Part shown: positions 1 to 7,537 of the stretch, in pieces
Position numbering within the stretch: the first letter of the stretch is position 1
How the letters are laid out: every line of letters starts with the position of its first letter
Made by a program: the position numbers and the translations under genes
Notes under the pieces: model-generated
The model's database searches: none
What the model saw: only the letters and a program-made list of their open reading frames with translations
What the model was told of the DNA's origin: nothing
From: Pseudomonadota bacterium
Lineage (GTDB): Bacteria > Pseudomonadota > Gammaproteobacteria > Burkholderiales > JALYOK01
Length of the DNA stretch: 34,801 nt
Assembly: GCA_031371465.1 (NCBI GenBank)
Contig: JANMJR010000185.1
Location: 1 to 34,801, forward strand
Direction: 5' to 3'

Positions 1-1691
1 CGCACGAGGTCGACATTACCCGCGCCGTTCAACTTTACATTGAACGGTTTTGCTTCTTTGCTTATTCCGATCCAACTGACTTTGCCGGTGAGGTTTGTTA
101 GCTCGGCAACTTGCTTTCCAAAATCCATCTTCACCGGCGACGAAAGGTCGGCTTGCCATTTGCCGCTGGGGTTGTGGCCGCTCGCTTTGATCGCAACACC
201 TTTTGCCGCAACTTGATCAGCGTTGGATGATGCCTCAAGATCCGCGCGGATATTGGCTTCCAGGGCACTGTCCGGCCAGATTAGATTCGCCTGAAGATCA
301 ATGGCAGGAATCTTGGCATTGGATTCGCGCCAATTCCCTTGCACCGGAATGCTTACTTTGCCGGTAACTTGCGCGCCGGCGAGTTTGCCTGACCAATCAC
401 CTTGTAGCGCATCGATAGCGAAATTTCCGTCGACGATATTGGCAATGACCGGTGCGCGCCATTTGCCGGAAAGTTGATCCTGACCTGTTTGCATTTTCCA
501 ATCGCCATTGAGTTGCGCCCCGTCGAGTTCTCCGGTTTGTAAATTGAGCATGAGAGGACCCATCGCGCTCGCTTTGACGACCAACTGATCACGCTGCATT
601 TTGCTGTTGAGTGTCATTTTCTCAAATGCGACGCGCTGCTGGGCGGGATCGAAAGTCAACGCCGCGCTTAGCGCGCCGCTGGAACGCAACTTGTCCTGCT
701 CGATGGAGAAATCCAGTTTGAAGTCGGACGCAGCAATCTTGTTGCTCACGCTCACCAAAGCGGGAACCGTCGCGCTGACGCTGATTTTTCTGACGGAATC
801 ATCGATTTTCAACTGCGCTTTAATTTGTTCGATCGACACGTTGTTCGCTCCTGATGTAAGCCGCGGCGATGCCAGTTCTGCGTGCACGGTTTGCGTGCCG
901 GCGCGTCCGTCGACGATCGCGCTCAGATCTTGAAGCGCGACGCGGCCTACGCCAACATCCGCAGCAATAATTGCTCGCAGGCCTACGGTGATCGGCTTCA
1001 AACCCGCCGCCTGTCCCTCCGCGCGGAATTTCGTACCGGTGAATTGGTAATGCTTTTTCTGTAAATCGAACCTCAGTTCGCCACTAAGTTCCGTTTTTAG
1101 TGCAACCACCGGATCATCGTTGGAGAGCAGAAACTGCGCATGAATTGGCGTGGCGACATTTTCCGTTAGGCGTCCGGTCGTCACCTGAATTGTACTAACC
1201 TGTGTTTTTCGCTGATTCATTTCGTCGTCGAAGCGCAACGTTCCATTCTTGATCGTGAGTCCGGCGAGATCGAAACGCAATGACGACGGCGATTCATCTT
1301 TGGAGATCAGATCATCGAAGTTAGTTGTGCCGTTGGCAAAGCGCTTCAACGCGACGCTGAAATTGCCTACTTCTACTTGATCCAGCCTCACCTGACTTTG
1401 CAAAAGCGGCCAGAGGCGCAGCGATAGCTTTACCGCTTCTATCGTCGTGAACGCAGTTGAGGAATTTTTCTCGTTGAGAATCGCGCGATCTAATTCAAGT
1501 CGTAATCTGGGGAACAACTTCAAGCGCACGCGCCCGGGAATAGAAAATTCGCGCCCGGTCTTTTCTTTCACTAGCGAGGTAAGCCGGGCCTTGTGGGAAT
1601 TGGCATCGAACGTCGCGATAAAGAATGCCGCGAACGCGAGCAACAATAGCAACAACACCGCAACGTCAATGAAAACCTTTCGCCACGGCAT
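1..1691 (-). CDS. AsmA family protein, N-terminal ~563 aa (C-terminus lies beyond the window start)
   Basis: Absent from the ORF track because it has no in-window stop. My reverse-strand translation from ATG at 1691-1689 runs stop-free to base 1 (MPWRKVFIDVAVLLLLLLAFAAFFIATFDANSHKARLTSLVKEKTGREFSIPGRVRLKLFPRLRLELDRAIL...). It has an N-terminal signal-anchor, the AsmA N-terminal domain pattern, and a long repetitive beta-rich body. I spot-checked the frame for stops in two segments (about positions 3-59 and 600-662). Confidence 0.7.
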   Translation of the reverse strand, partial: MPWRKVFIDVAVLLLLLLAFAAFFIATFDANSHKARLTSLVKEKTGREFSIPGRVRLKLFPRLRLELDRAILNEKNSSTAFTTIEAVKLSLRLWPLLQSQVRLDQVEVGNFSVALKRFANGTTNFDDLISKDESPSSLRFDLAGLTIKNGTLRFDDEMNQRKTQVSTIQVTTGRLTENVATPIHAQFLLSNDDPVVALKTELSGELRFDLQKKHYQFTGTKFRAEGQAAGLKPITVGLRAIIAADVGVGRVALQDLSAIVDGRAGTQTVHAELASPRLTSGANNVSIEQIKAQLKIDDSVRKISVSATVPALVSVSNKIAASDFKLDFSIEQDKLRSSGALSAALTFDPAQQRVAFEKMTLNSKMQRDQLVVKASAMGPLMLNLQTGELDGAQLNGDWKMQTGQDQLSGKWRAPVIANIVDGNFAIDALQGDWSGKLAGAQVTGKVSIPVQGNWRESNAKIPAIDLQANLIWPDSALEANIRADLEASSNADQVAAKGVAIKASGHNPSGKWQADLSSPVKMDFGKQVAELTNLTGKVSWIGISKEAKPFNVKLNGAGNVDLV

Positions 1692-1717
1692 TCGAGTTGC
1701 GGCGCCGAATAGCGGTT

Positions 1718-2440
1718 TCATTCCTTGTGCAAAAAAGTGAGCAACTGGTACGGCCCTTGACTGCGAATATCTGTCGCGCCGTTTCCGCGCAGCGCTGTTT
1801 CAATCGGCCCGATGATTTCCGGCAGCGCGCTTTCCACCACCGCCTCAATGGCAATCACCCAATCTGCGGCGCTGTCCGGCTGCGGCCGCAGCGCGCGCTC
1901 GGGGCTGGGGCGATCGGTAATACTCGCGTCATTGTGCAAAAGCCATGCTCGCACGCAGCCCAGGTGGGATGCGGCTTCCGGCAATGCCTTGGCTACGAGC
2001 CAAAAAGGGCGCGCCTCTCCGGCCTGCGGCATGGAAAACGTAATAGTTTGCGCCGCACCGCCGACACCGTGGCCGAATTCGGCAATTATGCGGCATGCGC
2101 TGCGTATGGTTGCGACGAACCAGGGCATCACAAGCCGCGTCCAATCGGTCGGGTTCGCCAACCGTTCGGTGTATTCCGTGGTTGCCATCACTTCCACCGC
2201 TTCTGTTTCGTAATACGCCAAATATTTCGGCGACTGCGTTGCGCCATATCGGCGCACGTTTAAAAAACCTGGAATCGCAACGCGTTCGGGCAAATGCTGA
2301 TCGGTATACCAAGTGTTGAACTCCGTCTCATGTTCCGCGATGACATCGGTCCACACGACGAGCATACCCCTTGCGGGTTTCATAGGCATCGGAAAAAATC
2401 TGTCGGCGCGCGGCTCATAGCCCGCAGTATACCGATCCAT
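1718..2440 (-). CDS. conserved hypothetical protein, possibly a two-repeat EthD/DUF4286-like alpha-beta barrel fold
   Basis: The ORF runs 1718-2509, but its first 23 codons overlap the divergent gene starting at 2478. The Met at 2440 is therefore preferred, with 2389 or 2383 as alternatives. Composition is protein-like, and MLVVWTDVIAEHETEFNTWYTDQHLPERVAIPGFLNVRRY resembles EthD-type proteins by eye only. It ends 26 nt upstream of the AsmA start. Confidence 0.45.
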   Translation of the reverse strand: MDRYTAGYEPRADRFFPMPMKPARGMLVVWTDVIAEHETEFNTWYTDQHLPERVAIPGFLNVRRYGATQSPKYLAYYETEAVEVMATTEYTERLANPTDWTRLVMPWFVATIRSACRIIAEFGHGVGGAAQTITFSMPQAGEARPFWLVAKALPEAASHLGCVRAWLLHNDASITDRPSPERALRPQPDSAADWVIAIEAVVESALPEIIGPIETALRGNGATDIRSQGPYQLLTFLHKE

Positions 2441-2477
2441 CGCGGTAGAATGAATGAAACTTAGCTGAGTAGGATCG

Positions 2478-2915
2478 ATGAAAATTCTGCTGGTGCAAGG
2501 CGCAAACATGACCTACCTCGGTCGCCGTCAACCGGAAATTTACGGCACGACGACGGCGGCAGAACTCGATGGGATGTTGTTGGCGTACGCGAAAGATAAC
2601 GGCTTCGAGTTGGAAATGTTCTACAGCAATATCGAAGGCGAAGCGATCAATCGCCTATACCGCGCGGTGGACGAAGGCGTCGATGGCTTAGTCATGAACC
2701 CGGCGGGTTTCGGCTATGCGGGCTGCGCGCTCAAGGATTGTCTAACAGCGCTGCCATTTCCGTACATCGAGGTGCATATGACTAACATCGAGAAACGTGA
2801 CATCCGACCGATAACGCGAGGTGTGGCGAAAGGCGTGATTTTCGGATTTGGGATTCAGTCTTACTTTTTTGGGTTGAATGCCTTGTGCAGTTTGTTAATG
2901 AATCGTTCGCCGTAA
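2478..2915 (+). CDS. aroQ: type II 3-dehydroquinate dehydratase family protein (divergent paralogue)
   Basis: 145 aa. MKILLVQGANMTYLGRRQPEIYG, SNIEGEAINRLY, NPAGFGYAGCA and IEVHMTNIEKRDIRP align by eye to the AroQ motifs GPNLNLLGxRExxxYG, SNxEGxLIDxIH, NPAAYTHTS and EVHxSNxxxREEFR. The Arg/Tyr lid, Asn and EVH His are kept. The THTS His appears to be replaced. Confidence 0.65.
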   Translation: MKILLVQGANMTYLGRRQPEIYGTTTAAELDGMLLAYAKDNGFELEMFYSNIEGEAINRLYRAVDEGVDGLVMNPAGFGYAGCALKDCLTALPFPYIEVHMTNIEKRDIRPITRGVAKGVIFGFGIQSYFFGLNALCSLLMNRSP

Positions 2916-2924
2916 AATTTTCTG

Positions 2925-2940
2925 GGGGCGTCGATGCCCC
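2925..2940. terminator. weak stem-loop between convergent genes
   Basis: GGGGC-gtcgat-GCCCC (5-bp GC stem, 6-nt loop) lies in the 34-bp gap between the aroQ-like stop (2915) and the CoA-transferase stop (2950). An A/T run is present on one side only (aaaatttt, 2915-2922). Confidence 0.3.
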
Positions 2941-2949
2941 ATCCCCACC

Positions 2950-4080
2950 TTAGTCCTCTCCTTTAACCGGAGAAAATAGTTTGGCGTTGTCGCTCGCCAA
3001 TACGGGAAACTCAACTTTTTTGGCGCCACTGCGAAAGGTTGGCGCAATGGGTGTATGCAATCCCGGAACTTGTCGCCCACCGACGGTTAACGTACGCGCA
3101 AATAATCCACGCCCGACAAAATGAGGATCTAGCGTCGCCTGCTCAAGCGTTTTCACGACGCAACAACAAATATCTTTTCCTGAAAATCGTTCCGACCACA
3201 CCGCGGCGGTTTCCTTTGCGATAATCGCCGCGACGCCCCGCTTGGTCGCGACCCCATCGATCGAATCATCGCGCAACGATTTTCCCAACCCGATCAACTC
3301 ACAAAAATTCTCCCAGAATTTTTGTTCCAGCGGCGCGGCCGCGACGAATTCATTATCGGCCGTTCGATAAATTTGATAGCGCGCGCTGCCGCCCGCAATC
3401 CGGCCACCGCCCGGCGTCGGCCATGCTCCGGTTGCAAAACCCTCACCCATGGCCCAATACAAAAACGTGAACATGTTGTCGCTCATTGATACATCGATGT
3501 TGCAGCCTTCGCCAGTTTGGTCGCGTTGGCGCAACGCAAGCAACACATTCATGACAGCCGGATAAGCGCCGCCGGCAATGTCCGCAATCAACGCGGGCGG
3601 AACGACCGGCGCACCTGTGCCGTCGGCGGAGATGGCAAGCAAACCGGATTCGGCGATGTAATTCAAATCGTGGGCGGCGACTTGCGCTTTTGGCCCGGTC
3701 TGGCCGTAACCGGTAATCGCGCAATAAATGATGCGCGGATTAATTGCCTTCAGCGCCACATAACCCAAACCCAAGCGATCCATCACGCCGGGGCGAAATT
3801 GTTCGATCACGATGTCGGCACTCGCAATTAACGGTCTCAATTTCTCGATCGAACCTGGCGCTTTGAGATCGATTGCGACGCTGCGTTTGCCGGCATTCAG
3901 CAAACCGAAATTCACGCTATCCGTGCCGATCTTCGGCTCGTAACCGCGCATATCCTCGCCGCTCGGACGCTCGATTTTGATGACTTCCGCACCTGCGTCA
4001 GCAAGCAACAGCGTGGCCATCGGGCCGGGTAATAGCGTGCTGAAGTCCAGCACGCGAACGCCTGTTAGTGGTTGTTTCAT
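2950..4080 (-). CDS. family III CoA-transferase (CaiB/BaiF/Frc type)
   Basis: The ORF runs 2950-4356. The homologous part starts at Met93 (ATG 4080-4078): MKQPLTGVRVLDFSTLLPGPMATLLLADAGAEVIKIERP..., the typical family III N-terminus. The start overlaps the upstream stop by 1 nt (TAATG at 4078-4082). Confidence 0.85.
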   Translation of the reverse strand: MKQPLTGVRVLDFSTLLPGPMATLLLADAGAEVIKIERPSGEDMRGYEPKIGTDSVNFGLLNAGKRSVAIDLKAPGSIEKLRPLIASADIVIEQFRPGVMDRLGLGYVALKAINPRIIYCAITGYGQTGPKAQVAAHDLNYIAESGLLAISADGTGAPVVPPALIADIAGGAYPAVMNVLLALRQRDQTGEGCNIDVSMSDNMFTFLYWAMGEGFATGAWPTPGGGRIAGGSARYQIYRTADNEFVAAAPLEQKFWENFCELIGLGKSLRDDSIDGVATKRGVAAIIAKETAAVWSERFSGKDICCCVVKTLEQATLDPHFVGRGLFARTLTVGGRQVPGLHTPIAPTFRSGAKKVEFPVLASDNAKLFSPVKGED

Positions 4081-4730
4081 TATTTTACTTTTCGTTGTTT
4101 TGCCACGCGCGCGCGGCGCGCGGGGGCGTAAGCGGATTCGCCATAGGCTTCGAACAGCGTCTGGCTCACATCGAAATGATGATGCAAACCGGTGCGGTCG
4201 AGCAGCGCAATCGGCCCTTCCGGATAGCCGAGGCCGAGTTTCAAAGTTGTGTCGAGATCGTCCGCGCTCGCCAAGCCTTCGTCGAGGCGGCGCAATGCAG
4301 CGTTGTAGTAGGGGCGCACCAGTCGATCGATTATGCGTCCGGCGAAATCGTTGCAAACGGCCACCTGTAATCCGCCGTTACCGAAAATTTTCTTCGCGGC
4401 TTCGATTGCCGTTGCTGTGGAATTTGGCTGGCAAACCAACTCCACTAAGTTTGATGGCTCTCCATCACCCAAACGAAACCGCGCGAAGCCCAATACGTTC
4501 GAGCCTTCCAATCCACGGCTTTCACCGGTGTGGACGCCGAGACATTCTGTTCCCAATTCGATTAGTACGACAGTCTTCGCATCACGATCGTGAACGGATT
4601 GCAAGGCCGTGCCCGCATCTTTGCCCAGAATCACGATTGCGTCGGCCGAATCAACGCCGTTAGCAATTACCGGATGGTTAGGGGCAAATGAGCGGCTAGC
4701 GCCCGCTTGGATAATCGAGTAATTCATCAT
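4080..4730 (-). CDS. 3-hydroxyacyl-CoA dehydrogenase-like protein lacking the NAD-binding N-terminus and catalytic His (degenerate paralogue)
   Basis: 216 aa. The C-terminal half aligns with the 3HCDH C-domain (FAGRIIDRLVRPYYNAALRRLDEGLASADDLDTTLKLGLGYPEGPIALLDRTGL). There is no GxGxxG. The region equivalent to GMHFFNP reads GFARFRL. Confidence 0.6.
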   Translation of the reverse strand: MMNYSIIQAGASRSFAPNHPVIANGVDSADAIVILGKDAGTALQSVHDRDAKTVVLIELGTECLGVHTGESRGLEGSNVLGFARFRLGDGEPSNLVELVCQPNSTATAIEAAKKIFGNGGLQVAVCNDFAGRIIDRLVRPYYNAALRRLDEGLASADDLDTTLKLGLGYPEGPIALLDRTGLHHHFDVSQTLFEAYGESAYAPARRARVAKQRKVK

Positions 4731-5603
4731 CTAGCCACCGAACATCGCCTCTGTGTTGTAGGTATAGAAACCACGCCCGGTCTTGCGTCCGAGATGGCCG
4801 GCGGCGATCATGCGTTGGACCAGCGGCGGGCAGGCATTGCGCGGTTCGTTGGTCATGCCGTATAGCGCTTCGCACAACAGTAATTGCGTATCGAGGCCGA
4901 CCAGGTCGAGTAATTCGAGCGGTCCCATGGGGTAACCGAGGCCGACCTTAATCGCGCGGTCGATGTCTACCGGTTGCGCAACACCAGACGCGACTAAGCG
5001 AATGGCATCGTTGTTAAACGGCACCAGAAAATAATTCAGAATAAAACCCGGGTTGTCTTTGGTCTTGACCGGTTTTTGGCCTAGCGCTTTGCAACAGTCC
5101 CACGCTTGCTGAAACGAAGCATCGCTGGTCTTAATGCCCGGCGACATTTCCACTAACTTCATCAATTGCGCCGGCAAACAAAAATGCATGCCGACGACGC
5201 GATCATCACGCCCGCTGCCCGCCGCGATTTCCGTAATCGACAACGTCGAAGTGTTGGACGCGAATATCGTGTGGGCAGAACAAACTTTGTTGAGCGCGCC
5301 GAATAATTCATGCTTCGCTTTCAGGTCTTCGAACACCGCTTCGATCACCAAATCGCATTGCGCCAAATCGTTAATCTGCGTCGTGGCAATGAGATTGGCC
5401 ATGATGGTTTCGACCTGCGCAGGCGCGAGCTTGCCTTTCTCGACGGACTTCGCGAGAAATCCTTGCGTTTGCTGGCGTGCTTTGTCCAGAGCATCTTGCC
5501 GCGTATCGAATACGATGGTACGAAACCCCGCCCGGGCCGCGACGATGGCGATGCCCGCGCCCATGGTGCCGCATCCCGCAATGCCGATGGTTTTGATGTC
5601 CAT
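4731..5603 (-). CDS. 3-hydroxybutyryl/3-hydroxyacyl-CoA dehydrogenase (NAD-dependent, HBD/PaaH type)
   Basis: 290 aa. IGIAGCGTMGAGIA is the Rossmann motif. SNTSTLSI, VGMHFCLP and PGFILNYFLVPFNNDA are also present, plus the C-terminal dimerisation domain (GLGYPMGPLELLDLVGLD). Confidence 0.9.
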   Translation of the reverse strand: MDIKTIGIAGCGTMGAGIAIVAARAGFRTIVFDTRQDALDKARQQTQGFLAKSVEKGKLAPAQVETIMANLIATTQINDLAQCDLVIEAVFEDLKAKHELFGALNKVCSAHTIFASNTSTLSITEIAAGSGRDDRVVGMHFCLPAQLMKLVEMSPGIKTSDASFQQAWDCCKALGQKPVKTKDNPGFILNYFLVPFNNDAIRLVASGVAQPVDIDRAIKVGLGYPMGPLELLDLVGLDTQLLLCEALYGMTNEPRNACPPLVQRMIAAGHLGRKTGRGFYTYNTEAMFGG

Positions 5604-6770
5604 TTACTTTTGGATGAAACTCTTGCCGATGAATTGGCGATGAATTTGATTCGTGCCTTCCCAAATCTGGGTGATTTTCGCGTCACGCATTAGGCGCTCG
5701 ACACGGTAATCTTTGCAGTAGCCGTAACCGCCGTATAGCTGCACCGCTTCCGTGGCAATGCGCATGGCAAGATCGGAGGCGCGCATTTTAAGCATCGAAG
5801 CTTCCACGCCGAAATCCGTCTCGCCGCGATCGACTAAACCCGCCACATACCAAAGCCAAGCCTCACATTGCGCTAACTCCGTGGCCAGATCGGCGATCAA
5901 AAATTGTATCCCCTGAAACTCCAAAATCTTGCGGCCCGATTGTTTGCGCTCGTTAATGTAACTCACCGCGTCCTCGAACGCGGCGCGTGCAATGCCTAGC
6001 GCGTGGGCGGCCACGCTAGGGCGCGATGTATTCAGCGAAGCCAGAAGAATGTTAAGCCCCGCGCCGGGCGCACCGAGTAAATTGTTCCGCGGGATTTTGC
6101 AGCCGTCGAACGCCAGCGCCGCTGCGCTCGACGCGCGGTGACCCATCTTGTCTTCTTTGCGCACCACGCTAACACCCGGCGTATTTTTCTCGACGATGAT
6201 GGCGGAAATTGAGGCTTTGCTGGAATCGATGTCGCTCCATTTGCCGAACACCAACAACAGATCCGCGACGTCGCCATTGGTAATGAAAGTCTTGCCGCCA
6301 TCGATGATGATGTCATCGCCACGGGGCGAAAATTTTGTTTTCATCGCCGTCGCGTCCGACCCCGCAGAAGGCTCGGTAATCACCAGCGACGCCAACCCGC
6401 CCTCGGCCATGCGCGGCAACAGCCGACGTTTTTGTTCTTCCGTGCCGAAGTCGATCAGCGGTTTAATGGCATGAAAATTCGTCGCCCAAATGATGCCCGT
6501 CGATGCGCACGCCTTGCTGATTTCCCGCACGCAGGCCAGATAGGCGGCGTAGGACAGCGGAGAACCGCCGTAGGTTTCGGGGATGAACATGGCGTTTAAG
6601 CCGAGCGCATTGATTGCCCTCACATTGTCCCAAGGAAATTCGGCGCTGCGATCGTAGCGTTCGGCGCGCGGCGCGATTTGGTCGCGACATAGCGCGCGCG
6701 CACTTTCCAACACCGCGAGTTCTTCAGCGTTGAACGCTGGCAATTTATCGAGCCGGTCAAATACGTTCAT
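5604..6770 (-). CDS. acyl-CoA dehydrogenase
   Basis: 388 aa. ITEPSAGSD, the FITNG flavin region and IWEGTNQIHRQ (catalytic Glu position) are present. There is a 4-nt ATGA overlap with the upstream hydratase stop at 6767-6770. Confidence 0.9.
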   Translation of the reverse strand: MNVFDRLDKLPAFNAEELAVLESARALCRDQIAPRAERYDRSAEFPWDNVRAINALGLNAMFIPETYGGSPLSYAAYLACVREISKACASTGIIWATNFHAIKPLIDFGTEEQKRRLLPRMAEGGLASLVITEPSAGSDATAMKTKFSPRGDDIIIDGGKTFITNGDVADLLLVFGKWSDIDSSKASISAIIVEKNTPGVSVVRKEDKMGHRASSAAALAFDGCKIPRNNLLGAPGAGLNILLASLNTSRPSVAAHALGIARAAFEDAVSYINERKQSGRKILEFQGIQFLIADLATELAQCEAWLWYVAGLVDRGETDFGVEASMLKMRASDLAMRIATEAVQLYGGYGYCKDYRVERLMRDAKITQIWEGTNQIHRQFIGKSFIQK

Positions 6771-7534
6771 CGGTCGCTGAATTTCGCTTTGCGTTTTTCG
6801 ATGAACGCCGTCATGCCTTCGCCAGCGTCTTGCGTTTGATAGGTTTGGGTGGAAAGATCGGCTTCAATCTCGAATCCTTGCTCGAGCGAAACATCATTCG
6901 CGCGGCGTATGGCTTGCCGCGCGAGACGCGATGCGGCAAGGCTATGCTCACTGAAACTACGGGCGTACTCGATGCCCCCGGCGAGCAGGTCGGCGTCGAT
7001 GAGACGATTGATCAGGCCGATTCGTTCGGCCTCTACCGCATCGACATTGCGGCCGGAAAGAATCATCTCAAGTGCGCATGATTCGCCAACCAAACGCGGC
7101 AAACGCTGCGTGCCGCCATAGGCGGGAATGAGGCCCAGCTTGATTTCCGGCAAGGCCATTTTGGCGTTGCGGCTTGCTAGGCGAAACGTGCAGGCCAGTG
7201 CCAGTTCTAATCCGCCGCCGAAAGCGTAGCCGTTGATCAGCGCGATCGACGGAATCGGCAGATCGTCGAGCTTGGCGAAAGTTTTTTGCCCAAGTTTCAC
7301 GCCCGCGCGATGGTCGGATTCAGAACGGCCCATGAGTTCTTTGATGTCCGCCCCGGCGCAAAAAGCCTTCGGCCCCGCACCGGTGATGAACAGCGCGCGC
7401 GCGCCGCTGGCCGCTGCGGCATCAATCGCCTCGCCGAGTTCACGGATGATGGCGAACGACAACGCATTCAACGCCTCGGGACGATTCAGCGTGATCAGCG
7501 CGAATTCTTCGACGCGGGTGAGTTCAACACTCAT
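6767..7534 (-). CDS. enoyl-CoA hydratase/isomerase family protein (crotonase)
   Basis: 255 aa. LNRPEALNAL, FCAGADIKE, GYAFGGGLELALACT and PEIKLGLIP are present. Both catalytic Glu positions are retained. Confidence 0.9.
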   Translation of the reverse strand: MSVELTRVEEFALITLNRPEALNALSFAIIRELGEAIDAAAASGARALFITGAGPKAFCAGADIKELMGRSESDHRAGVKLGQKTFAKLDDLPIPSIALINGYAFGGGLELALACTFRLASRNAKMALPEIKLGLIPAYGGTQRLPRLVGESCALEMILSGRNVDAVEAERIGLINRLIDADLLAGGIEYARSFSEHSLAASRLARQAIRRANDVSLEQGFEIEADLSTQTYQTQDAGEGMTAFIEKRKAKFSDR

Positions 7535-7537
7535 CGC

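Noticed and set aside
4081-4356. 92-codon N-terminal extension of the CoA-transferase ORF
   Set aside because: The extension is Arg-rich nonsense that fully overlaps the upstream dehydrogenase-like gene. The family III consensus N-terminus begins at Met93 (4080). The same reasoning was used to trim 10136-10303 (ALDH, TTG start), 15128-15196 (ABC-F), 23528-23812 (urtE-like), 20928-20960 (IMPase) and 33643-33678 (binding protein).
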